Shown here: piece after piece, positions 8,982 to 19,337 of the stretch
How the letters are laid out: each line of letters starts with the position of its first letter
Position numbering within the stretch: the stretch's first letter is position 1
Assembly: GCA_026414545.1 (NCBI GenBank)
Contig: JAOAIU010000062.1
Coordinates: 30,255 to 94,254, forward strand
Reading direction: 5' to 3'
Length of the DNA: 64,000 bases
Source: Candidatus Saccharicenans sp.
GTDB taxonomy: Bacteria; Acidobacteriota; Aminicenantia; Aminicenantales; Saccharicenantaceae
Notes under the pieces: model-generated
What the model was told of the DNA's origin: nothing
The model's database searches: none
The model's input: only the letters and a program-made list of their open reading frames with translations
Made by a program: the position numbers and the translations under genes

Positions 8982-10568
8982 ATGAAAATCCTGACCGCTG
9001 CCCAGATGAGAGAAATTGACCGAATCGCCATTGAAGAAATCGGGATTCCCGGTCCGGTCCTGATGGAAAATGCCGGCCTTCAAGTTACTGCCGTGCTCCG
9101 AAATGAGCTGGGCGTGGCAGCCGGGATGAGGGTAGTGGTGGTGGCCGGCAGGGGGAACAACGGAGGTGACGGCCTGGTTGTGGCCCGGCATCTCCATAAT
9201 CAGGGTGTCGATTGTCCGGTACTGCTTATCGGCAGAAGGTCGGAGGTCAGGGGAGATGCCGCCTTGAACCTGGAAATAGCCCTGAAAATTGGTGTTAAGG
9301 TCATAGAAGTTGGAGACCAGGCTGCCTGGAAAAAGGTTCGGAAAATCCTGTCCGAAACGCCGATTATCGTAGACGCCCTGTTTGGAACAGGTTTGAACAG
9401 CCCGCTGCAGGGGTTGTATGCCAGGGTGGTCCAGGATATTAATGAATCCGGGGCCTTTGTGCTTTCCGTTGATATTCCATCGGGATTGTCAGCGGATACC
9501 TTTGAACTCATAGGTCCCTGTGTTCGAGCTGACCTGACAGTCACCCTGGGCGCACCCAAGGTAGCTCATTTTTTCCCCCCGGCTGAAGATTATGTAGGCG
9601 AGCTGGTGGTGGCCGATATCAGCCTGCCACCTTTTCTCTTCGGGCGCCCTGAAATAAACCTGGAACTGGTGGAGCTGGAATCCCTGACTCCCTATTTTCA
9701 GCCGAGAATTCGGGATACCCATAAGGGCACTTATGGCCATCTTCTGGTTATTGCCGGGTCGCGTGGCAAGACCGGGGCGGCAGCCATGGCCGGCCGGGCT
9801 GCCCTGAAAATGGGGGCAGGGTTGGTAACCGTGGCCACGGCCGGGAGCTGTTTGCCAGCCATAGCCAGGAGCATGCCCGAACTGATGACCGAGCCCCTGC
9901 CCGAAACAGACTCGGGCAGCATTTCGGAGCAAGCGCTGGGGCGGACAATGGAATTAATCAAAGGGAAAGATGCCCTGCTGGTCGGGCCGGGTCTTTCTAC
10001 TCATCCTTCTACGATTGCTTTTGTGCTGAAATTGCTGGACAAACTCAAAGGCTACAGGCACCCGTTGGTGGTCGATGCTGATGGCTTGAATATCATGGCT
10101 ACCAGGCCAGAAGGGCTATCTTCGCTTCCTGAAAAAACCATTCTGACCCCGCACCCGGGGGAATTTTCCCGCCTTTGCGGCCTGAGTACCGCTGATATCC
10201 TGAAAAGACGTTTGGCGGTCGTCCCCGAATTTGCCCGCCACAATAAAGTTCATCTTATCTTGAAAGGATACAGAACTCTCATCGCCTCTCCGGATGGTAA
10301 GGTCCTGGTCAACCCCACTGGCAATCCGGGAATGGCTTCGGGGGGAACCGGCGATGTCCTGGCCGGACTTCTGGCTTCTGAAGCCATGCAGGTTAAAGAT
10401 GTTCTTCAGGCTGCAGTCAACGCGGTTTTTATCCATGGGTTAAGCGGGGACCTGGCGGCAAAAAAAGTAGGAGAAAAGAGCCTGACTGCCACAGACCTGA
10501 TCAAGTTTCTGCCCGCAGCAATCAGGTTCGTAGCCAACGGTGGAGAAAATGATTCAGAAATCAGTTGA
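8982..10568 (+). CDS. nnr: bifunctional NAD(P)H-hydrate repair enzyme (epimerase + ADP-dependent dehydratase)
   Basis: 528 aa. YjeF_N region (GRGNNGGDG) is fused to the carbohydrate-kinase-like YjeF_C region (GGTGDVLAG). Confidence 0.93.
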   Translation: MKILTAAQMREIDRIAIEEIGIPGPVLMENAGLQVTAVLRNELGVAAGMRVVVVAGRGNNGGDGLVVARHLHNQGVDCPVLLIGRRSEVRGDAALNLEIALKIGVKVIEVGDQAAWKKVRKILSETPIIVDALFGTGLNSPLQGLYARVVQDINESGAFVLSVDIPSGLSADTFELIGPCVRADLTVTLGAPKVAHFFPPAEDYVGELVVADISLPPFLFGRPEINLELVELESLTPYFQPRIRDTHKGTYGHLLVIAGSRGKTGAAAMAGRAALKMGAGLVTVATAGSCLPAIARSMPELMTEPLPETDSGSISEQALGRTMELIKGKDALLVGPGLSTHPSTIAFVLKLLDKLKGYRHPLVVDADGLNIMATRPEGLSSLPEKTILTPHPGEFSRLCGLSTADILKRRLAVVPEFARHNKVHLILKGYRTLIASPDGKVLVNPTGNPGMASGGTGDVLAGLLASEAMQVKDVLQAAVNAVFIHGLSGDLAAKKVGEKSLTATDLIKFLPAAIRFVANGGENDSEIS

Positions 10569-11016
10569 ATTGGAGGTCAGGACCAGCTGTGAGGAAGAAA
10601 CCCTGCGGCTGGCCGAAAGGCTGGCCGGCCAGCTGGCTGGCAATGAATTAATATTAATTACCGGAGAGCTGGGAGTCGGGAAGACCGTTTTTGTCAAGGG
10701 GCTGGCTTCTGGCCTCGGGGTTAAGGCGGTCGATTCGGTCTGCAGTCCGTCTTTCACTTTAATTAATATCTACGCCGGACGGGTAGACCTCATTCATGTT
10801 GACCTCTACCGACTGGAAGACCCGGAGGAAATTACTGACCTGGGGCTCGAGGATTACCTGGGCAGCGGGGTGATGGCCGTGGAATGGGCAGAAAGGCTGC
10901 CTGAGGATTTCAGGTCAGAAAGAATGATAGAGATTTTCATCACCGTGGCGGTTGATGACAGCCGGTTGATCAAAATCAAAACGAGGGATGTTTACCTCAG
11001 TCTTGAGAATCAATAA
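10549..11016 (+). CDS. tsaE: tRNA t6A37 biosynthesis ATPase TsaE
   Basis: Motifs GELGVGKT and SPSFTL. ATG 10549 is preferred (GGTGGAG SD); it overlaps the nnr 3' end by 20 nt. The nnr-tsaE order matches E. coli yjeF-yjeE. Confidence 0.9.
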   Translation: MIQKSVELEVRTSCEEETLRLAERLAGQLAGNELILITGELGVGKTVFVKGLASGLGVKAVDSVCSPSFTLINIYAGRVDLIHVDLYRLEDPEEITDLGLEDYLGSGVMAVEWAERLPEDFRSERMIEIFITVAVDDSRLIKIKTRDVYLSLENQ

Positions 11017-11059
11017 AATTGAACGATTGGAATTTTGGCTTGAATGAAAGGAAACTTTC

Positions 11060-11587
11060 ATGAAGGACCTGAAAGCTCTCATTTTTGACGTGCCGGACTT
11101 TCCGAAGCCGGGAATTTTATTCAAGGATATAACCCCGGTTATCCAGGATGCTGAAGCCTTTAATCTCGTTATCGACCTGATGGCCGAAATAGCCCGGAGG
11201 TATTCGCCGGACAGAGTGGCGGCCATCGAGTCCAGGGGGTTTATCTTCGGAGCCGCCCTGGCCAGGGAATTGCGGACCGGTTTCAGCCTCATCCGTAAAA
11301 AAGGCAAGTTGCCGCGTCCGACCCTGACTGTGCTGGCTCCTAATGAATACGCAGTCGAGCATTTTGAAGCCCATCTGGACAGTGTCCAGCCAGGGGAAAG
11401 GGTGGTCATAGTTGACGACCTGATTGCTACCGGTTCCTCAGCCATCAGCGCCATTGAACTGGTCCAGAAACTGGGTGGCCGACCGGCAGCTTTTCTGGCC
11501 CTGGTGGAGCTGACCTTTCTGGAAGGAGTTAAAAAGATAGCTGAGGCTCATTCTGATGTTCCGGTCTTTACCCTGGTCAAATTTTAA
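11060..11587 (+). CDS. apt: adenine phosphoribosyltransferase
   Basis: 175 aa. Contains FPKPGILFKDITP and the PRPP motif VVIVDDLIATGSS. Confidence 0.95.
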   Translation: MKDLKALIFDVPDFPKPGILFKDITPVIQDAEAFNLVIDLMAEIARRYSPDRVAAIESRGFIFGAALARELRTGFSLIRKKGKLPRPTLTVLAPNEYAVEHFEAHLDSVQPGERVVIVDDLIATGSSAISAIELVQKLGGRPAAFLALVELTFLEGVKKIAEAHSDVPVFTLVKF

Positions 11588-11724
11588 GCGGGTGGCCTGG
11601 TTGATAAATTGGCTGTTCTGTTCCTGACAGGTTCATTTCTGCTGTGGTCAGGATCCGGCTGGAAGCCGGCGCGACAAAACTTTCCGGCAGGAATCCCAAA
11701 GAGCATGCCGGGAAAGGAGGGGAG

Positions 11725-13059
11725 ATGACCGAAACCCTGGAAAAGATTTTTCACCTTCAGGTCGGCCAGACCAATTTCAGGAAAGAAATACTGGGCGGCC
11801 TGACCACCTTCATGACCATGTCCTACATCATCTTTGTCCAGCCAGCCATCCTGGGGCAGGCAGGAATGGATAGGGGAGCGGTGATGGTGGCTACCTGCCT
11901 GGCCAGTGCCCTGGCCACCTTATTGACCGGCCTTCTGGCCAACTATCCGATAGCTCAGGCCCCGGCCATGGGACACAATGTTTTCTTCGCCGTCACCGTC
12001 TGCGGCCTGATGGGATATTCCTGGCAGGTGGCCCTGGGGGCCAATTTTATTTCTGGAGTCATTTTCACCATTCTGGCTTTATTAGGCGTGGCCGGGAAAC
12101 TTGTGGAAATAATTCCCGACAGCCTGAAAAACGCCATCGCCGCCGGCATCGGTTTGCTGATCGCTCTTATCGGCCTGGAATATGCGGGCATAGTGGTTTC
12201 CACGCCGGGCGTTCTGGTTGGCCTGGGGGATTTGGGCAGCAAGCCGGTCATTCTGGCGTTCTTCGGTCTCCTGATAATCTCAGTCCTGATGGCCTGGAAG
12301 GTCCCCGGAGCCCTTTTATGGGGAATACTGATAACCGCCGGTGTGGGACTGCCTCTCGGGGTGGTCAAGTACCAGGGAGTGGCAGCCGCTCCTCCATCCA
12401 TCGCCCCGACACTTTTTAAGCTGGACGTGGTCGGTGCCCTGAAAAGCGGATTGATACCGATAATATTTGTTTTCTTTTTTCTCGATGTATTTGATACGGT
12501 CGGGACGCTGGTCGGGGTTTGCGGCCCGGCCGGTTTCTTTAAGGATGGGCGGCTACCGAGAGCTAATCAGGCCATGCTGGCCGACGCCCTGGGGACGGTT
12601 ACCGGGACGCTACTGGGAACTTCCACGGTTACCAGTTATATCGAAAGCTCGACCGGAATTGCCCAGGGCGCCAGGACAGGGCTGGCCAACCTGGTGACCT
12701 CACTGCTCTTCCTGGGCGCCCTTTTCTTGAGTCCCCTGGCCTCCATGGTCGGAGGGAGCTTTGTTTACAAGGACCAGGTGTTGCACCCGGTAATAGCCCC
12801 TCCATTGATTATCGTGGGTTTTCTGATGATGAAATCCGTGGCCCGGGTTGACTGGGAGGATATCAGTGAAGCTATACCCGCTTTTCTCACGGTAGTGGTA
12901 ATGCCGCTGGCAGTCAGCATCACCGACGGCATGGCCTTCGGTTTTATCAGTTATTCCCTGATCAAACTGGCCAGGGGAGAAGGCAAGAAAGTGCACTGGC
13001 TGGTTTACCTGATATCTTTCCTGCTGGTAATCCGGTATTTTATCAGGTATGTTAGCTGA
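11725..13059 (+). CDS. NCS2-family purine (adenine/guanine/hypoxanthine) permease, AzgA/PurP-like
   Basis: Start placed at ATG 11725 (AGGAGG upstream). Polytopic membrane protein; FRKEILGGLTTFMTMSYIIFVQP is typical of the family. Confidence 0.9.
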   Translation: MTETLEKIFHLQVGQTNFRKEILGGLTTFMTMSYIIFVQPAILGQAGMDRGAVMVATCLASALATLLTGLLANYPIAQAPAMGHNVFFAVTVCGLMGYSWQVALGANFISGVIFTILALLGVAGKLVEIIPDSLKNAIAAGIGLLIALIGLEYAGIVVSTPGVLVGLGDLGSKPVILAFFGLLIISVLMAWKVPGALLWGILITAGVGLPLGVVKYQGVAAAPPSIAPTLFKLDVVGALKSGLIPIIFVFFFLDVFDTVGTLVGVCGPAGFFKDGRLPRANQAMLADALGTVTGTLLGTSTVTSYIESSTGIAQGARTGLANLVTSLLFLGALFLSPLASMVGGSFVYKDQVLHPVIAPPLIIVGFLMMKSVARVDWEDISEAIPAFLTVVVMPLAVSITDGMAFGFISYSLIKLARGEGKKVHWLVYLISFLLVIRYFIRYVS

Positions 13060-13174
13060 GGCTGGTGCTGCCTGTCTGGAATTTTAAAGATAGATTAATG
13101 AGATTTAATATCGACTTAACAGCCATGAAAGGACAGAGGAATCTTTTTGAAAATCGGGCTGGAGCGAAATAATC

Positions 13175-14941
13175 ATGAAGAGAAAAGAGTACTGGAAATG
13201 GCTAATTCCTACTATTTTAGTAGGATTTATGCTGGGTTGTGCGGCCGGGCTGAGGGTTCAGGATGAGGCCACCAGTTTCCCCGGCGACCGACAGTGGGTG
13301 GAGAAAACCATCAGGAAGATGACCCTGGAAGAAAAGATAGGTCAACTGGTGGTGGCCCGTTACACCGGCGAATTTTTTAATTTCGATAGTCCCTACCTTA
13401 AGAAGCTGGAAGAGCTGGTCAGGAACTATCATCTGGGTGGGCTGATTCTGTTTGGCGGGGAAGCCCTGGAAACGGCTTATTTTACCAACCATTTTCAGAA
13501 GCTTTCGAAAATACCTCTGCTCATCGCTTCCGACCTGGAAAGGGGAGCGGGCAACCAGGTGACCGGGGCCACTCTCTTCCCGCCCTTGATGGCCCTGGGG
13601 GCAGCCGATTCGGAAGAACTGGCCTACGAAATGGGCCGGATCACGGCCATCGAAGGCCGGGCCCTTGGCATCCACATGACCTATGCCCCGGTAGTTGACG
13701 TTAACATCAATCCGGATAATCCAATCATCAATACCCGCTCGGTCGGAGAAGACCCGGAGCAGGTGGCCCGGATCACCCGGGCCTTCATCAGAGGTTGCCA
13801 GAGCCACGGAATGATGGCCACGGCCAAGCATTTCCCCGGGCACGGCGACACCGACCAGGATTCGCACAGTCTGCTTCCGGTGATCAGGGCCGACCAAGAA
13901 CGGTTGAGGAGGGTTGAACTTTATCCCTTCCGGGTAGCGATCGAGGCCGGGGTCGATTCCATCATGACAGCTCATCTGTATATTCCTGCTCTGGAACCCG
14001 AAGAAGGATTGCCAGCTACTCTGTCCCCGCGCATCATGACCGACCTGCTCAGAAAGCAGATGGGATTTAAGGGGTTGATTGTCACCGATGCCCTGGAAAT
14101 GCGGGGCATCACCGGCTATTTTGGCGACGAGGAAGCGGCCCTTCGAGCCCTTAAAGCCGGAGTCGACCTGCTTCTTCTTCCCCTGGACCCGGTAAAGGTC
14201 ATCGAGCACCTCAAGCGGGCCGTGAAAAGCGGGGAACTGCCCTTAAGCCGGGTGGAGGAATCACTGAGACGAGTCCTCCTGGCCAAGACCAGGCTGGGGC
14301 TGCATCGCCGTCGCTTTGTCAGTCTGGAACGGTTGCCCCTGGTGCTGGGAAAGCAAGAATTCAAAGACATTGCCAGGAAGACTTTTGCCGCAGCCATTAC
14401 CCTGGTCAAGAATGAGAATGACCTGTTGCCAATTAAGAAAGATAAAAAGGTTGTGTTGGTTTCCCTCAGCAGCGACCCGGGCGATTATTATGCCGGGCGC
14501 AGGCTGGCCACCGAACTGGCCAGCCGACTTCCCTCGACCAGAGTTTTCTATGCTGACGGTGACACCGGCCGGGAGAAACTGGGCGAAGCCCTGTCAGCGG
14601 CAGCCTCGGTCGACCTGGTGGTGGCCGCTCTTTTCTCCAGTCTCAGGTCGGGCAAGGGAACGGTTGACCTGGAGCCGGTTCATGTGGATTTTATAAGGCA
14701 ATTGACAGCGGCCGGGGTTCGGGTGATAGCTCTTTCCTTTGGCAGTCCATATTTCTTGAGACACTTTCCCGACGTGGGCGGCTACCTTTGCTTTTACCGC
14801 AATACGCCCGAAACCCAGGAGCTGGCGGCCATGGCTATTACCGGTGAAATCAAGATTTCCGGCCAGCTTCCGGTGTCTCTGCCTGGACTTTTTCCGCGCG
14901 GCCATGGCCTGGTGCTGGAAAAAATCGAGGAGGTAAAATGA
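13175..14941 (+). CDS. glycoside hydrolase family 3 lipoprotein (NagZ-like beta-N-acetylhexosaminidase with C-terminal domain)
   Basis: 588 aa. Lipobox FMLGC; motifs KHFPGHGDTDQDSH and VTDALEM. Confidence 0.88.
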   Translation: MKRKEYWKWLIPTILVGFMLGCAAGLRVQDEATSFPGDRQWVEKTIRKMTLEEKIGQLVVARYTGEFFNFDSPYLKKLEELVRNYHLGGLILFGGEALETAYFTNHFQKLSKIPLLIASDLERGAGNQVTGATLFPPLMALGAADSEELAYEMGRITAIEGRALGIHMTYAPVVDVNINPDNPIINTRSVGEDPEQVARITRAFIRGCQSHGMMATAKHFPGHGDTDQDSHSLLPVIRADQERLRRVELYPFRVAIEAGVDSIMTAHLYIPALEPEEGLPATLSPRIMTDLLRKQMGFKGLIVTDALEMRGITGYFGDEEAALRALKAGVDLLLLPLDPVKVIEHLKRAVKSGELPLSRVEESLRRVLLAKTRLGLHRRRFVSLERLPLVLGKQEFKDIARKTFAAAITLVKNENDLLPIKKDKKVVLVSLSSDPGDYYAGRRLATELASRLPSTRVFYADGDTGREKLGEALSAAASVDLVVAALFSSLRSGKGTVDLEPVHVDFIRQLTAAGVRVIALSFGSPYFLRHFPDVGGYLCFYRNTPETQELAAMAITGEIKISGQLPVSLPGLFPRGHGLVLEKIEEVK

Positions 14942-15933
14942 AATACAAAAATCTCGGTCAGACCGGGATCAAGGTCTCAGAAATCTGCTTTGGAACCATG
15001 TCCTTTGGCGCCGAAGCCGACGAGAAAACCGCGGCTGATATGTTTGCTTACTGCCGGGATAAGGGCATAAACATCTTTGATTGCGCTGACCTTTATGCCA
15101 GGGGTAGGTCCGAAGAAATCCTGGGCCGGCTGATAAAAGACTGCCGGGAAGAAGTGCTCATCACCAGCAAGGTTTACTTTCCCACCGGTCCTGACATTAA
15201 CGCCATGGGGGCCAACCGGCGGCACATAATGTATGCGGTCGAAGGCAGCCTGCGGCGCCTGGGAACCGACCGCCTGGATATTTATTTCATACACCGTTTT
15301 GACGATATCACTCCGCTCGAAGAGACCCTGAGAGCCCTGGACGACCTGGTGCATCAGGGCAAAATTCTCTACATTGGCCTCAGCAACTTCAGCGCCTGGC
15401 AGGTAGAGAAGGCCATCGGACTGGCCGCGCTCCATGGACTGGCTCCAGTGGCCTGCCTCCAACCCATGTATAACCTGGTCAAGCGCCAGGCCGAAGTGGA
15501 AATTCTGCCGATGGCCGAGTCCGAAAAACTGGGTGTTCTGGCTTACAGCCCGCTGGCCGCCGGCTTGCTATCTGGCAAATACGGAAGGGATAAGAGGCCA
15601 GCTTCGGGACGGCTGGTGGAAAATAAAATTTACCAGGTCCGATATGGCCAGGACTGGACGTACGAAGTGGCCGAGAGATTTTCTGCCTTTGCCCGGGAAC
15701 GCGGTTACAACCCGGTCAGCCTGGCCATCGCCTGGGTGGGCAGCCATCCTGCGGTTACCGCCCCGATAATTGGAGCCAGAAATGTTGACCAGCTGAAAGA
15801 TGCTGTGGCTGCCACCGAGATTGAAATGACCGAAGAACTGCGGCGAGAAATATCCAGTTTGTCCCCTGAACCACCGCCGGCTACTGACCGTTCCGAAGAA
15901 AAGACCGAAACCCACTTTCCAATTCGCCGGTGA
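14938..15933 (+). CDS. aldo/keto reductase
   Basis: 331 aa. Contains GTMSFG..., DCADLYARGRSEEILG and LSNFSAWQ. ATGA overlap with the GH3 stop indicates translational coupling. Confidence 0.9.
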   Translation: MKYKNLGQTGIKVSEICFGTMSFGAEADEKTAADMFAYCRDKGINIFDCADLYARGRSEEILGRLIKDCREEVLITSKVYFPTGPDINAMGANRRHIMYAVEGSLRRLGTDRLDIYFIHRFDDITPLEETLRALDDLVHQGKILYIGLSNFSAWQVEKAIGLAALHGLAPVACLQPMYNLVKRQAEVEILPMAESEKLGVLAYSPLAAGLLSGKYGRDKRPASGRLVENKIYQVRYGQDWTYEVAERFSAFARERGYNPVSLAIAWVGSHPAVTAPIIGARNVDQLKDAVAATEIEMTEELRREISSLSPEPPPATDRSEEKTETHFPIRR

Positions 15934-16400
15934 GAGGGAAGGGGTCAGGCTCCTGGATTATGACCCCCACCGGGAACTCTATTTTAAAGGAGCAGTCTTT
16001 CTCCCGGAAGGCGGATAGCCTGTTCCTCAATTCTTCGGCTCTTTGAAGTCAGACCGGCATCACTTCGTCCGACCGGCATGCTATTATCTGGCCCGGCCTG
16101 GGAAAGTGCATCCCGCCGAGCTGTATTGTTGAAATTGAAAAAATCTTAAGAAAAGGAAGACTTTGGGCGGAAGCTTAACTGTCCGTGCTCCCGGGCTCAT
16201 GACCGGAGCCAGAACGATTCCGGTCTGACCGGAAGGGCGGCTAATACACCGTAGGCTAAAGTGTAAATTGTTTGCAATATTCAGTCCGCTTTAATAGCAT
16301 AATCATGGCCGGCCAGGAAGTCTGGCCACCCGGAGTTAAAAGAAATAAAAGAGCAGTGTGTTCAGCCGGTCATAATTTTATAAATTTGAGGTTGAGTTAG

Positions 16401-19097
16401 ATGAAAAAAACGCCTGCTTATGCTTCAATAGTTTTTTTCTTTATGCTGGTTATGCTAGTTGCTGCCTGCCGTGAAGAAAAGGTTCTGGGCCCCGGGAAGG
16501 AAACGGTCGGAGTAGATTTTTCTGGGCGGATGGTGGTTCCGGTCAACCAGGTGATCGAGCCCTATGGTCAGCAGGTTCAGTTGCCGGGCCTTCGGCCCCA
16601 GGGCCTGGCCCTGTCTCCCGACGGGCGGCTGGTAGCCGTATCGGGAAAGAATAGCGAGCTGGTGATAATAGACCCGGTTGACCTGAGAATAAAACAGACA
16701 GTGCCCCTTCCCTCGGAAAGCCAGAACGAGCCTCGCCCTGAAACAACTTCAGGCAACATCCTGGAGCCCGATACCAAAGGGCAGCTCAGTTACAACGGGC
16801 TGGTGTTCTCGCCCGATGGTCGTTATATTTTCCTGAGCAATGTCAATGGCAGCCTTAAAGTTTTCTCAGTCCAGTCGGATGGGCAGGTCAGACCATCTCA
16901 CACCATTCTTCTGCCTCCGGCCAACGCTCCCAGGAGAGAGGAAGAAATCCCCTCCGGACTGGCCTTCAGTCAGGACGGGAAAAAAATCTATGTGTGCGGT
17001 AACCTGTCCAATCAGCTTCTGGAAATCGAGTCGGCTACCGGTCGGGTGTTAAGGGTATTTCCGGTCGGAGTGGCTCCGTTTGAGGTTGTGGTTAAAGACA
17101 ACAAGGCTTATGTCAGCAACTGGGGTGGTCGTCGGCCGGGCCCACAGGACCTGGTCGGTCCAGCTGGCCGGGGGACGGTGGTCAGAGTGGACCCGGAAAA
17201 ATTCATCGCCAGCGAGGGTTCAATTACGGTCATCGACCTGGGTTCTGGAAGGGTAATAAGAGATATTATCGTTCACCTTCATTCCTCAGCCCTGGCCCTT
17301 TCTCCGTCCGGACGCTACCTGGTCTGTGCCAACTCCGCTTCTGATAACCTCAGTGTTATCGACACCGAGAAGGATGAAGTGGTCGAGACCATCTGGGTTA
17401 AACGCAGCCCGGCTGACCTGTTTGGAGCTTCGCCTAACGCCGTGTGTTTTCTTCCTGACGGCAACAAGCTTCTGGTGGCCAACGGCACTCAGAATGCCGT
17501 GGCTGTCGTGGACTTCAGGCCCGATAGGAAAAAATCTCAGCTTAAGGGACTCATTCCGGCCGGCTGGTTTCCCGGCGTTCTGGCCTGGGATAAGAACCTT
17601 AACCGGTTGTGGGTAGCTAACATTAAAGGTTTGCCCGACCGTCCGCGAACCGATGATTCCACCGGTCAGACCGGCTTCAATACCCATCAATACTACGGCT
17701 CCCTTTCAGTTTTCAGCCTGCCCGGGAGAAAAGAGATGGCCAGGCTGACCCAGAAAGTGCTGGCCAATTTTCACCGGGAAAGAATCAACGAAGCTTTGAA
17801 AAAGCCAAGGCCCGGGGCCCGGCCCAGGCCGGTGCCGGAGAGAATTGGTGAGCCGTCGCTTATCAAGCACGTGGTTTATATCATCAAGGAGAACCGCACC
17901 TACGACCAGGTACTGGGCGATGTGCCCGAGGGCAACGGCAACCCTTCGCTCTGCATCTTCGGTGAAGAGGTGACCCCCAACCAGCACCGGCTGGTCAGGG
18001 AATTTATCCTGCTGGACAACACCTATTGCAGCGGTATCCTCAGTGCAGACGGCCACCAGTGGTCGACCACTGCCTTCGGCACCGACTACCTGGAAAAATC
18101 TTTTGCCGGCTGGCCAAGGAGTTATCCGGATGGTATGGGGCCGGACGAGGTGGATGCCCTGGCCTATGCCCCCAGCGGTTTCCTCTGGGATAACTGCCTG
18201 AAGCATGGAGTTAGCCTGTGGAATTTTGGCGAATTTGCCATGCCCGACTGCGGATGGGCTGACCCCAGGCGCCCCGGCCAGCCCGGTTGGCTGGACTTCT
18301 GGAATGAGTATCTACACGGCAAAGGTGAAGTCAGGATAGGCAGTCAGCCCGGGATTCCTTCCATCGCTGCCTTCACCTCGGCTGGCTATGTTGGCTGGAA
18401 CATGGACGTTCCCGATGTCTGGAGGGCCCGGTTCATAAAGGCCAAAATAATGGAATGGGAAGAAAAAGGAGACATGCCACAACTGGTCCTGGTCTGTCTT
18501 CCGGTGGACCACACCAGCGGGACCAAGCCCGGAATGCCCACACCCCGGGCCGCCGTGGCCGATAACGACCTGGCCTTCGGCCAGATCGTCGAAGCCCTGA
18601 GCCACAGCAGTTTCTGGAAAGAGATGGTTATCATGGCCATTGAGGATGACCCGCAGAACGGCTTTGACCATGTCAGCGGCTACCGCACTACAGCCTACCT
18701 GGCTGGACCTTACGTGAAGAGAGGAGCGGTCATCAGCACCCATTACAATACCACCAGCCTCTTAAGGACCATAGAACAAATCCTGGGCCTGCCACCCATG
18801 AACCAGTTTGACGCCACCGCCACCCCGATGTTCGACTGTTTTACCGACAAACCGGATTTCAGGCCTTTTACCGCGGTTCCCAACCGCATTCCTCTGGACG
18901 AGCTCAACCCCGAGCCGAAGAAAATAAGCGACCAACTTCTGAGAAAGAATGCCCTGGTCTCAGCCAGACTTAATTTCGAAATGATCGATGCCTGCCCGGA
19001 AACCGTTCTGAACAGGATTATCTGGCATTCGGTCCGGGGTTCAGCCGAGCCCTACCCGGACTGGGCGGTGAGCGTGATCCAGGATGATGATGATTGA
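16401..19097 (+). CDS. lipoprotein fusing a YVTN/YncE-type beta-propeller to a phosphoesterase (PLC/AcpA, PF04185-like) domain
   Basis: 898 aa. Lipobox LVAAC. Repeated ..SPDG(R/K)..V(A/S)N.. propeller blades in aa 60-420, then IKENRTYDQVLGD and DHTSG phosphoesterase motifs. Confidence 0.8.
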   Translation: MKKTPAYASIVFFFMLVMLVAACREEKVLGPGKETVGVDFSGRMVVPVNQVIEPYGQQVQLPGLRPQGLALSPDGRLVAVSGKNSELVIIDPVDLRIKQTVPLPSESQNEPRPETTSGNILEPDTKGQLSYNGLVFSPDGRYIFLSNVNGSLKVFSVQSDGQVRPSHTILLPPANAPRREEEIPSGLAFSQDGKKIYVCGNLSNQLLEIESATGRVLRVFPVGVAPFEVVVKDNKAYVSNWGGRRPGPQDLVGPAGRGTVVRVDPEKFIASEGSITVIDLGSGRVIRDIIVHLHSSALALSPSGRYLVCANSASDNLSVIDTEKDEVVETIWVKRSPADLFGASPNAVCFLPDGNKLLVANGTQNAVAVVDFRPDRKKSQLKGLIPAGWFPGVLAWDKNLNRLWVANIKGLPDRPRTDDSTGQTGFNTHQYYGSLSVFSLPGRKEMARLTQKVLANFHRERINEALKKPRPGARPRPVPERIGEPSLIKHVVYIIKENRTYDQVLGDVPEGNGNPSLCIFGEEVTPNQHRLVREFILLDNTYCSGILSADGHQWSTTAFGTDYLEKSFAGWPRSYPDGMGPDEVDALAYAPSGFLWDNCLKHGVSLWNFGEFAMPDCGWADPRRPGQPGWLDFWNEYLHGKGEVRIGSQPGIPSIAAFTSAGYVGWNMDVPDVWRARFIKAKIMEWEEKGDMPQLVLVCLPVDHTSGTKPGMPTPRAAVADNDLAFGQIVEALSHSSFWKEMVIMAIEDDPQNGFDHVSGYRTTAYLAGPYVKRGAVISTHYNTTSLLRTIEQILGLPPMNQFDATATPMFDCFTDKPDFRPFTAVPNRIPLDELNPEPKKISDQLLRKNALVSARLNFEMIDACPETVLNRIIWHSVRGSAEPYPDWAVSVIQDDDD

Positions 19098-19337
19098 GGA
19101 CGGATGCTCGTCCCTGAAGAAAAGGAATGACATCCCCGAGGCTGCCGAAATTAGTTTGGGGGCCAGACTAAAGCCCGGCCAGGATTATTTGCTTCCCATT
19201 AGCCGATATTGGGTCTGATTAGTCGGACAAGAGTTATTTCTTTTTTTCTGCTGTTTGCCTGCTCTTAACTATATCAGGTTCTATGATCTCTTTTGGTTGC
19301 CTGGTTTATTTGGCCAGTACCTTTATCGCCTCGGTTG

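Noticed and set aside
13217-14209. Other long antisense or shadow ORFs: 13217-14209 (330 aa), 59414-60652 (412 aa), 30047-30919 (290 aa), 31550-32470 (306 aa), 43230-44317 (273/287 aa), 46273-46965 (230 aa) and 17706-18206 (166 aa).
   Set aside because: Each is nested opposite a gene with unmistakable family motifs (GH3, RecD2, PgpH, PhoH, RseP/IspG, 2-HADH, phosphoesterase). None has a recognisable domain, SD or independent promoter.
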